Assembly: GCA_977030845.1 (NCBI GenBank)
Contig: OZ365110.1
Location: forward strand, 44,268,001-44,332,000
Length of the DNA: 64,000 nucleotides
From: Fimbriosthenelais zetlandica
Lineage: Eukaryota
Reading direction: 5' to 3'
Notes under the pieces: generated by a model
Told to the model about the DNA's origin: nothing
The model's input: only the letters and a program-made list of their open reading frames with translations
The model's database searches: none
Program-made: the position numbers and the translations under genes
Part shown: positions 53,559-64,000 of the stretch, in pieces
Layout: every line of letters starts with the position of its first letter
How positions within the stretch are numbered: the first letter of the stretch is position 1

Positions 53559-56500
53559 CTGTATTTGAAAAGGAAAAAAACAATAATTAGACAAATCTAA
53601 CATGGGGATAAATGAATGACATGATACCTCGAGAAGAAAACGCCTTACAAATCTTATCAAAAGCAGTAGAAAAGATAATGGGAGCGATTGTGAGTAGGAT
53701 TAGCAAGATGCTGCAAAAGATGAGGCAAGGGATCCTAGGATGTAACTAAGTTTTTAATACACACATGTAAATGTGATATTTATAATGAATCCTAGGCTGG
53801 CGGAGTATTTAACTACGGTACTCAGACTCATTCATATGAAATGAAAATTATTGACAATATGAATGTAGATTTTCCTTACCCAGTTCATTGTTGCAGAAAA
53901 CACTTGTTCCCTCTTGTAGTTTGAACTCTCCTCCACTGCTGGATAAATTCAATGATCTCCTAGCCATTCCAGTACTTCCCGAGCTCTTGGGTCTGGCAAT
54001 AAATTAAGATGATTTTGGTGAAATTTATTATTACAAAATAAAGAAGACTCCCAACATTTGTTTCGCGAATATCACCTTCCAATATTTGTCCGGATAGAAA
54101 ATAAAAAATATGACATTATGATGTTGTCCAGGCAGAAAAGCAAAATTTGTTATAAAACTTTACCTTTATTTAAATGGATTCATTCCTTACCACATATTAA
54201 TATTAAGTTCGGCTAAATTCAGACTGAAAATGACTCATATATTTCCAACATTGATCTCAATAAAAGTAGAGAAAACTACCAATTAAGGTATTCACTCTAT
54301 GTACACTGTTAGTAAGACCACACAATCCTAGAACTTGGGTATGAATATTCATAATTGAATAAATATTCATAAGAAGGAAGATACGATATTTTCGCCATAC
54401 AAAGAATGCAATTCAAATTCAATTAAAAAAAAAGAAGCATGCAGCAACAGATTTTAAGTAACTGCATAGCTCATTAAAAAACCTTCATTAAAATCCATAA
54501 ACATTTTCCTTAGGCTTAAGTTCCGTAACCCTTAATTACCCTAAAAAGTGTAAACGTCCGATGAAAAATAGAATAATAATTCACATGAGCATCCTTCAAC
54601 CAGTGTACCTTCTGTTTTACTGCTGAGATACGAAGAAGAAAATAACGTACGTGCAAAAGGTATGATTGAATAAATGTAATCGTAAAGGGATAAAAATGCA
54701 CCTCCCACTGTTTCATAAATACTTACGACCACCGCCGACTCATGGCCAGTGCCATGGCGGCCTTGTGCATGCGCATAGGCCTATTTTTTGTGCATGTACA
54801 CAGAAAGGATTCATAACTTGAATTCATAACTTGAATATTGATGAATAAATTGAATAGTTTGCAAGGGAAACGGCCGTAAAATACATGGGTGTAGAATTTG
54901 CTTTAAGAAATGGGTTTGCAGAAATAAATTAAAATTGAAACTACCATACTCGTAACTGAATCTATAAAACTTAATCAATCTCTGGTGGTTGAAATTGGTT
55001 GCAAGAACGAAAAAGGGTCGTGTTCTGATAAGGGAGCTGTCACCAACACCGTTGTAAAGTCAACTGGAAAACTGGGATCAATAATTCCCTTGCCCATTTC
55101 CAACAATAAATGGAAGTTACTATTTCTATCATTCTTTTTTAATAAAAAAATAATTATTTAATCTCATCCCTCTGAATTTCTATTTTTACATGTGTACAAT
55201 TCCAGTTTAATCATTTTCAAGCCACACTTAAAGTACATAAAATAAGCACAAAAGCGCTCGAAATGGCATTTTTACATCACATGTCACATGATACTATACT
55301 TAGTTCTACAGTAACTGTCAACTATATAAATTGTGAGTATGATCACTCCATCATTATAATATATGTGACAGCACCTTGATCGACGTTGCCTTACTAAATA
55401 CAAGCATGCAGGTAGGTATGGATGGTAGGAAGAAGAGATAGAAAGTGTTGGCACATGAAGCTTTAAACTACCTGACGAGGCCAGACTTGGGTTTGGTAGG
55501 AGTAGAGGAGGTTTGCAGACTGGGATGGCTCCCACTTCCTGCTCCACCCGAGAGGCGGCGCTGACGCTCAGCCACCGCCTCCAGACACTCTCCAGCGTCC
55601 GGCAGATCAGAGAGTCTGGCAGCGCAATGACCACACACACATAGATATTAATCTCTTTGATTTTAAAATTCCATATATTTTGGACTTGTAAGCAAAATTC
55701 TGTATCTGCCCACAAACTAGGTGTCTATGTGGAAGCATAGCAGAAAATGCATTTTTATAAAGTTTGTTAACCTAGGTATAATATACTGGGTTCTGTCTCA
55801 AAAATTGATAATCTGAAGAGTATATTAACATGGAAAATGTACATTAACGATTACTTAACCATAGCTTAGTCAGAGGGAAAACAGAACTTAATGCAGCTAA
55901 AATTACTTATCATTTCTACGGTATTCTACGGCCTGAAAATACGGGGAAGTTGGAATACACCAAAATTGTACAGAACTCATGGAGGGATGGCGATATGAAC
56001 CTATGACTCTTATTCTTCTGACCCCAAAGACATAAGGTGTAAAAAGCACATGCTTTAAATACAATTACATCCTTTCAAATACTAATATTCAGATGCCGAG
56101 TCCAACTGATCGCAGTAAGGGTCTAACGAGGACATTGGTAGATGGAAAACCACTTATTGAATGGTATATCTTTTTTAATTACGAAACTGTACTCACTTTT
56201 GGATCCTTGAAGGCGGAGCAAAAACTCCATATTTTGGCTTGCAGGTAAAATACCGTTTTCCACTGACGGATCCGTCATTTTTACCCACTGGACGATCCAG
56301 CTCAATACCGTACCACCAACCTGTATCACGGCAAACATTTTATATTACTATAAGGCTAAGTGGGCCATTCTCACTAAAAAGGGCAGTTGAAACTTAAATA
56401 TAGTTCAAAACAAATGTAACCAAAGAAAAGAAATCACTTCTGGCAAACTCAGTAAATTACCCATCTAATATGCACCGATTTGAGAAATTCACATCCTCAC

Positions 56501-59500
56501 AAGTCCATTGAGCGATGTTTCTTACCTGGAGCAAAATCGGTCTCTCCACTGAAGCGTATGACACCTCGCCTTTGTCCAGCCACCAGCACTCTCTCCCCTT
56601 CCTCCAGTACTTCCTCTACACTAGGCTGGCTCCCTCCAGTACGTGATGAACGTGGCCGGTTCAAACCTACAGAAAGAAAGAGCAGATCTAGTCAGTTATA
56701 TTTATTTATTAGATAGGATTTATAGTATAACAATAAGGCCCCACCATGATTCCTTAAGAGCACGGGCAATTTCCCAAAGATAAATGATTAATTTCTTATA
56801 GAATGTCCGCCATCTTTCAGGACAATATAAGACAATTAGGGATCATTATATTTTCATATTATTTCTATATTCATACCAAAGTAAATTTTTTTCAAATTAA
56901 AGTTCCTTGACATATTTTACGACTTTGTTTTACAGGCCCATAACTATGATCGTATATCGATGGAGAATATCGAGTAAACTTGCATTCAGGGTTGCATGCA
57001 AGGATGTCTTTTATGTTTTACACATAACGGCATCAAAAACTATTTGTTAATCTGCTGCAAAGAGTAGTGGATGGTAAATTCAGTAAACACACAAGGTATA
57101 GGGTTGTCTTGGAAGATTTAAAACATTTGTGGTACCTTTTGTACCATCACAGTGGTACCTTTCATATGATAGGAATGAACTCGTGTTCTGAGCATCTAGT
57201 ACCATTCAGGTAATGCCCGTGGTACATTTCATTTAATAGCATTTTGCTGAAATCGTTTATAGTAATCAGTTGTATAATTTATAGTAGGCTACACTTGGGA
57301 CGGCAAGGGCAAAAGGTAATGAACAGAGGTATGAGAAATATGATGCAACAGTCATGCATGGTGTCACACACTTCAAACTGGCATCCATTCCTATACACCT
57401 TCTGCCTTATCAATTGTCTCTTTTTCCTCTTTCTGCTCCTCCTTTCCCTTCTCCTCTTTTTCCTTTTCCTCATTTTCCACCTTTCCCTTCTCCTCATTTT
57501 CCTTCTCTTTTTCCTTCTCCTCATTTTCCACTATAATTCAAGATTGGTCATTCAATATGTATTCATATCTTATAAATGGCGAAAAAGAATATTGTAACAG
57601 TTTGGCAACATCGAAAGATCCACATGAACTTTGTGAAAACTGAAAAAAAAATCAATACTGAAATGATTATTTGAAGTCTGGTGACATGTTCTTAAGTTTT
57701 ATTTTTCATTCTTAAATTAAATAAGTTAAAGAATAGTTTCGCATACCTGTATCCACTTTAGCTTTCACATTGGATGTGTCCACATGGGCATAATTGACTG
57801 CTTTTCGGAAATTTGGAGTCCGGTTTACTAAGATTCCTGGCTTAGATATCTTGGTGACTGGAGCAAAGATACCTGAGCAAAAAAAAGTTTATGATGTTTG
57901 GTGATCTATTGGGAACTGTTTTTTAAATCATTGGATAAATTCTAATATTATGTACATTATAAGGATAACAATACATTCTGGAAAACAAGTCCTACCGTGT
58001 TTGGGAGAGCATTTGAAGTAGGATACACCTCCGACCCCGCCATCGTTTTTGCCAGCTGGTTCATCTAACTCGATGCCAGCCCAGATGCCTGAGGCGAACT
58101 CAGTCGGACCACAAAACCTCAACACTCCAGTCTGTAAAAATTAAAAATCGTTAACACTTTCAATGGAAATGCACCCAGGACCAACTGGGTCAAAAGAAAG
58201 CATTCTTTCCACAACCTGATAAATTAACTATAGAACCCGTACTCCTTCGATTTAATTTTCTACCAGTTGTGTGGAGAACTTAGGTTTCAGAACACTTTTA
58301 TTTAACCAATACCACATATAAAGTGTCTTTTGAGGCTTTATTATATGACTTCCCCAAAAGAGGTTGGACAACAAGTGAGGCGCAAATAATATTTGAGTCT
58401 AAAAACAAGTATCTTTTTAAACATACCTTGACACCTCCGACCACTACTTTGTCACCGATCTTGAGACCGTATGCCTGTAGTGTGACCTTGGCCTGAGCCC
58501 CCTCTATGTCAGGGGAGTCGGGACGGTGCGCCTGCTCGGCCTCCTTCATGATCTTGCTCATTTTGATAGCAGACTCCCGCAGGCTGCCCTCCAGGCCTTC
58601 CATCTCTGGCACACATTCTGTAAAGATTAGAGAATTTAACATCAGGATTGTAATCTTCATTTAAAAGTTACAATTGGATGTCGGAGGACAGGAGTGGTAG
58701 GGAACCTATTGAGTAATCAATGGGAAGAACTGATTTAATAGGTCGCTCCTTGATTATTTCTAGATTAGTGTCGGATTACAGACATAGAGATAGAATGGTG
58801 GGTAGACTAGAAGATGGAAGCAGAGAAGGGAAATAGAGAAAAAGCTGTGGACAGGGAAGAAGACATAACAAAAAGAACAGCGGGAAGGATGGAGGAGGAT
58901 AGAAGTGTACATGGGTTAACAAGAAGAAAGAGGAAGGAAAAAATACGAATTTAATGCCATGTCAGAAAATTAGACTGAAGAAAGAAGTAAAGAATTAAAG
59001 AAGGAAGGAGGGAAGGAATATGGAGCAGAGTGTCTGCAAATTTCCTCCAGACTTATTTACTTATTTACATTAATAAATTGTTAGCTTTGACGCTTATAAC
59101 GTATACACCAGTTTGAGATAATAAAACATGTATATGATCTAGGACAAGGATGACTCACGTTGGGATCATTATTGTATAGACAATGTGTAACTCACACCTG
59201 ACGCTATATCTTCATAGGGGCGCGTTGTATTTATTTGTCTAGTCTACAGCTGGTCAATTATTTATCTGTGCAACCACAAAAGTTATTTATTCCATACAGA
59301 GAATTGCTATTCTGCATGGAGTATTTGATAATGTACTGGCAAAGACAAAACTGAAAAAGTTTGAATTAGAAATCTACATGTAGACTCTACATCTAGGGGT
59401 TATTTCATTATCCCCAGCTAACATGATACAGGGGAATCCAAGGCATTTCAATTTATAAGTAATGAAAAAATATATAAAAAGAAAAGAAAAACATCGAACA

Positions 59501-62500
59501 AGGTACCTCCTGAAAATCTCTTTGTTGCAATCCAACTGGTCCTAACATTGCTGAATTCAAATCTAACTTTTGTGTTGCTTTGCATCTTCTTAGTCCGGCT
59601 GCCTTTTGGGCGGGGTGTGGCAGACATGCCCTTCAACTGTTTCTTCCCTCCAGTCTGACCAGCGGTTCCATTCCCATTCCCACTGTCAGACTCACTCTCA
59701 CCATCAGCTTCAAATACATCATCCTCATCATCATCATCAGACAACATGATGCCTCGCTCATCCTGTCTCATTTCTAAACTAGACGCAGATCGGTCTACGT
59801 ATTTTCCAGCGTTCCACTCCTCTTGGTCGTCACTGTGGATTATACCCAGATCATCACTCATGTCCAGGAGGCCTTCTGCACACTGAGAGGAAACCACAGT
59901 CTCGGGGGCATAATCATCAAGCTGGCTTATCCTCCTTGACGCTGTTGACGAGCTGTCAGAATCAGTGGATGCAATGCTGGCTCCTCGGGACAAGTCGACC
60001 GCCTCAGTGATGTCTTCACTCTCGCTGTCAGCCAGACGACTCTCAGAGTCCACACTGACATCACGCTGTATGCTGCTGGTGTCAGTACTAGCAACACTTT
60101 CCCTTTCCTCTCTCTCCTCTTTATTCTTAACTCCATCTGCTTCCAAAGATAGATCTCCATTCTCAGTGTGCTCTTCTGACTGTGAATTTAGAATGGAAAT
60201 AGTGTCAATCCTGTTCTCATTTGTGTTGCTGATGGATCCATTCACATTATCAACTGATGAATTTGGAATTAAAGCATTCACTGGCTTATCCTCCACTTGC
60301 TGTCTCTCTTCTGATTCAATGACAGATGAATGGATATCTTCAGGGATATCATCCAATTTGTCATCTGTTGGTTCCTCTGTTGGTTCATTGTCCTTTTCTA
60401 TCTCTATCTCCAATGAAACAGCAGGAGTTGAACCTAAGTCTTCATCTTTATCAGGACTGATGTTTTCTGAAAGGCTAACATCCTCAGAGCCAATGTCATC
60501 ACATGATAAGAGATCGATTTTGGATGGGGAACGTTCAGGTGTGGGTCTTCCATCTGCACCTAGAATAAAAGGTGGAGGTGAACTGTCTTTTACAACATAT
60601 TCCTCTGTATGTTCAACCGAGACATAGTTGGCATGGCATTGACTTAGTCTTCCCCTCTTGTTGTCCTCTACCTTCAAATATGCTGAAGCCCTTTGCTCAA
60701 CATTTCCGTTCTCTCTTGGAGAAACCGGTTCCATTTCACCAAGAGTTCCTTGTTCAGGCATCTTTCTGGCATCTTTCTGATGACCGTTTTCCTGGAGTTG
60801 ATCCTCAAGGCTTAATTTTGAGAGCTCTTCTAACTCCTGACCTTCTTGGGTCACTTTCCCATTATAAACCATGTCATTCAACTCGTTTAATTTTTCCTTT
60901 TGACCCAGAATCACATCAGCATCATTTGGTTTCCTTTCAGGATCTGAAACCATGGAATCGTCGCTGTGGTATTCATTTGGATCTAACCCAGAGTTGTATT
61001 CATTTTTCTGATCTTTAACACAAATACCAGCATCTGCATCAGTTATCAACTCCCCTCCCACAATAACAGCATCTTTCTCATTGCTACCATCATGATTGGA
61101 GTTTAATTCTAAAGAGTCCACGCTTGTGTGATCATCTATTTCTACCACATTTTCCTCCAGACTATCTAGCTCCTCTGATCTTGATTGTTCAGCCTTCTCT
61201 TCTTCTTCCCCTGTTCTGAAAGGGCCTCCTCCTTTTATCAGCATCACTTCACCCACTGGTTTATTATTACCCTCTTCTTCCTCTTCTTCTTCTTCACTTC
61301 CAGGATGTTGCTCAGCAACAACTTCTTTTTCAATGATGGCATCATTATGCACATCCAGAGATATTTCACTACTGGACATTTCATCTACCACATTCCGGCT
61401 GTCCTGATTCCTTTGAATGTTGTCATGTCCCTTTTGATTGACGCCAAGAAATTCTGCGTTCTCCATATTTGTGTCAGCCAATCCTTCCAGAATACATTCC
61501 CCATTTTCTATATTCTTCTCAACCACCTCTTCCACCATATTATTCTGCTCACTCGTTGTTGACTTAAGGTCAGTGCTTTCAGAAGTTTCCTTTTCCGGGA
61601 TCAACTGACTTTTATCATCCATGAGGGAAGCATCCAGTCCTGATTCTATAGCAGTTTCAGCGACTTCACGTTTGGTTTGTTCCTTATACACAAAGCCTTC
61701 TCCGTTAGATCGCTCCTCAATGCATGTCACCACTTCGTCACTGACTGGAAATGAAAGGCTTTCACTAGAATTTTCTTGCTGCCTCAGCAACCCACTGTGC
61801 ACCATCATACCACCCAGTGTCCTGAACGCTCGCTCTTCACTCCCAAGCTCATCTTCATTGGGAAAGAGTCCAATCTGGGGGTAGTCTCCCCTTTCTGTGG
61901 ACTGCAATTTCTTGTCTCCATTTATGCCTGCTTCAATCCCATCGGCTTTAGGTCCTCCATTCTCAGAATCAGAACTGTCCTCAGCTTTGCCATTGGCAGC
62001 ATCCTCTCCAAGTTTATGGACTATCCCCTTCCTCTTTTTCCCAATTTTGAACATTGAAAGGAATTCCTTGAAATGGCTGATCATAATAGGTTCTTTTTCA
62101 CCCACTTTCTGACCATTCCCATCGATCACTGAACCTTCAGTTTCGACTTCTTTTAAGGGAGCCGCAGGTGTGTTGCATTCAGCAGATAGATTCACCTCCT
62201 CGAAGTGAGTTGTATTAGGTTCTTCCCCTTCATTAACTTTCCCAGAATAGTTTTCTTCTTTATCACTCTGCGTTTCCTCCATATCACTATCCCTTCTCCC
62301 CTCGGACACTCCTGAATGTTTCACATCTTCAATGATACCTATTTCCTCATCAAGTCCTGATTTGACTTGATCTCCTGCCGAAATTCCTCCTGAATAAACT
62401 TCGGGCAGATTATCTTTGTCCATTCCATCAGGTTTGCTCTCAATGTCATTTCTATCCTGATAAGGAACTGCACCATAGGATTCCGGATTGGATTCATCCT

Positions 62501-63260
62501 CGGTTTTATTACCTGGACTTGGCTTCTCAGGATGCATACAAGAAACCTCAGATATTAACTGCTCTTCGTCATTTATAGCTGGTGCAGGATTTATAGTTCC
62601 ATGGTGAGTTCCACCTCCATCATGATTTCCTTCATCAAATCCCTCATCAAGAGATTTCTCTGAACTCAAGTCCTTATCTTCGCGATGTTCCCTCTTCATT
62701 GGGCCCTGAATAAGGTTATTTGAAAGGCCAGTGGTTTCCATGTGATTCCCGTTCCCAAACATCTCCTCCGCATTGTCCAGTTTGTCAATAGAACAATCCT
62801 CAGGTCTGAAGTTTTCTTTGTGTCTATTTTCACTGGGCAACATGATGTGGACATTTTCCCCTTGACTGAATCCAGTCTGGGCACTACCCTGTATTTCTAA
62901 TCCATTTTTGTTAACAGGTAAAAGAATTTGCTCCTCTTCTCCTCTAATAACTTCCCCGTAGGTTTTCTCTCTTTCCATTTGTTCCTCCTCGGGTCCACTA
63001 TCAACATTCCATACTGATTTAAGTCCCTCATCCACGGGTTGGACGTCATCTCTGATGTTAAGTTTCAGATCATGCTGATCAAGTCCCTTTTGTGTTCGTG
63101 GCTGCGGCTGTTGGTCATCTGTTAAACGAATGACTGAACTGACCGCTTCATTGACCACTTCAGGTGTTGGTCTCTCCAGAGTGTCCTCATCTGCTCCCCC
63201 TCCTCCTCCCTCTCCCCCTACTCCTCCTGCTGGAGCTTCCTTTGAGCTTGATTTTCCCAT
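53317..63260 (-). CDS. CLIP4: CLIP3/CLIP4-like protein with three CAP-Gly domains, about 1674 aa; exons 63260-59507, 58617-58427, 58131-57996, 57872-57747, 56666-56526, 56320-56197, 55615-55472, 54780-54727, 53992-53880, 53558-53317
   Basis: Three GKNDG CAP-Gly motifs. [28 protein letters not shown] and the terminal [28 protein letters not shown] closely match CLIP4. All junctions are GT-AG and phase-consistent; 5025 nt including the stop. Confidence 0.9.
53880..53992 (-). CDS. CLIP4: CLIP4-like exon 9
   Basis: ...[16 protein letters not shown]; donor GTAAGG. Confidence 0.85.
54727..54780 (-). CDS. CLIP4: CLIP4-like exon 8
   Basis: 54 nt, [18 protein letters not shown]; phase 2-2; donor GTAAGT. 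Confidence 0.75.
55472..55615 (-). CDS. CLIP4: CLIP4-like exon 7
   Basis: 144 nt, [24 protein letters not shown]...; phase 2-2. Confidence 0.75.
56197..56320 (-). CDS. CLIP4: CLIP4-like exon 6 (CAP-Gly 2)
   Basis: [40 protein letters not shown]. Confidence 0.95.
56526..56666 (-). CDS. CLIP4: CLIP4-like exon 5
   Basis: [28 protein letters not shown]. Confidence 0.9.
57400..57530. repeat. Polypyrimidine (TTCC/TTTC-type) low-complexity tract
   Basis: Almost purely C/T run in CLIP4-like intron 4. Confidence 0.8.
57747..57872 (-). CDS. CLIP4: CLIP4-like exon 4
   Basis: [10 protein letters not shown]...[14 protein letters not shown]. Confidence 0.9.
57996..58131 (-). CDS. CLIP4: CLIP4-like exon 3 (CAP-Gly 1)
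   Basis: [46 protein letters not shown]. Confidence 0.95.
58427..58617 (-). CDS. CLIP4: CLIP4-like exon 2
   Basis: ECVPEM...[22 protein letters not shown]. Confidence 0.9.
59507..63260 (-). CDS. CLIP4: Giant (3754-nt coding) acidic low-complexity first coding exon of the CLIP4-like gene
   Basis: About 1250 open codons. Acceptor ttttacAG at 63300-63301, in-frame TGA at 63273-63275 before aaaaATGG. Phase-1 donor gag|GTACCT at 59506 matches exon 2. Confidence 0.85.
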
Positions 63261-64000
63261 TTTTATTAAGCCTCAAGTTCGGACCCGCAATTCCTGATGC
63301 TGTAAAATGAACAAAACAATTTTCAGTTAATATTGCTAAGTTTCATGGATAACATACTGGACAATATTCAACATCACATAAGCTTATCGCTAATATCACT
63401 GATAAGAGATCTTTCCTTATATAAAAAAAACTAATAGAATAAACTAATAAAAATAATAGATAAACAGCACATCAAAGTGAAAGAAAGTCAACAAAAGAAT
63501 AATTTTAAAAATTGATAAATGTATGTGGTACCAATTCTGTGCTCTCAGACACCAAAGCAATGGGCGGAATAAACATGGGCAAACCACAATGACCCTGCCT
63601 CGAAATTATGTGCACCTGCGCTGAAGAAAGCGGTAGTTCCAATGGGAAATTTTATGAAACTCGCCTAGATATATATATTTATTTATGGCATCAATAAAAT
63701 TTTTACCACATAACATCACATGATATTCCATCTCTGCCAGTCATTCCAGCTGGAACAACAATACTGGTATATACAGAGTGTGGAAACTTGACATGGTGCA
63801 TAATAGATATGAGAGGTTATTGATTAGATGACAACAGATGTTCATCTAACTTCTGTATCTCTATTCCATAGCTGCATGGGTATAGAGCGAGCAAGCCTGA
63901 ACGTTGTATCAGAGCTTAAATAAAATTTACTTTCACCATATTTAATGTTTAGGTAAACAGATATTTTTTTCTATTCTTTTTCTAAGCATTACATTATATT

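Noticed and set aside
57279-57524. Arg/Lys-rich protamine-like ORF ([13 protein letters not shown]...)
   Set aside because: It is the purine strand of an intronic polypyrimidine tract inside the CLIP4-like gene; the opposite-strand Leu/Phe ORF is the same artefact.
59965-62112. Several plus-strand ORFs (up to 220 aa) of Ser/Leu-rich sequence
   Set aside because: Antisense shadows of the long low-complexity coding exon.
1-64000. tRNA, rRNA or CRISPR arrays
   Set aside because: No cloverleaf or T-loop GTTCRA context, no rRNA-like segment and no repeat-spacer array seen; the DNA is eukaryotic.

Overview
AT-rich (roughly 38% GC by eye) spliced eukaryotic genomic DNA, most likely from a bilaterian invertebrate. 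Four host genes can be rebuilt by hand with frame-consistent GT-AG junctions. (1) A 3-exon TMEM236-like multipass membrane gene (+, 10142-18323). (2) The first coding exon of an SV2-like transporter (-, 21113-21578); its later exons were not found, so gene 1 probably lies antisense inside an SV2 intron. (3) A 10-exon mitochondrial methionyl-tRNA formyltransferase, MTFMT (-, 45872-49545). (4) A 10-exon CLIP3/CLIP4-like triple CAP-Gly gene (-, 53317-63260) whose first coding exon is a 3.75-kb acidic exon starting MGKSSSK, in place of the usual ankyrin repeats. Mobile DNA includes a 5'-intact LINE ORF1 fused to a NADAR (YbiA-like) domain (8322-9566), an 868-bp TIR element with an 8-bp TSD at the MTFMT 5' end, three 25-30 bp CATAGAACT...AGTTCTATG palindromes each flanked by its own 7-bp direct repeat, several MITEs, decayed LINE fragments and a strong excess of TACATGTA and TAGGCCTA octamers. 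No tRNA, rRNA or CRISPR array was seen. Homology calls come from motif recognition, not database searches.
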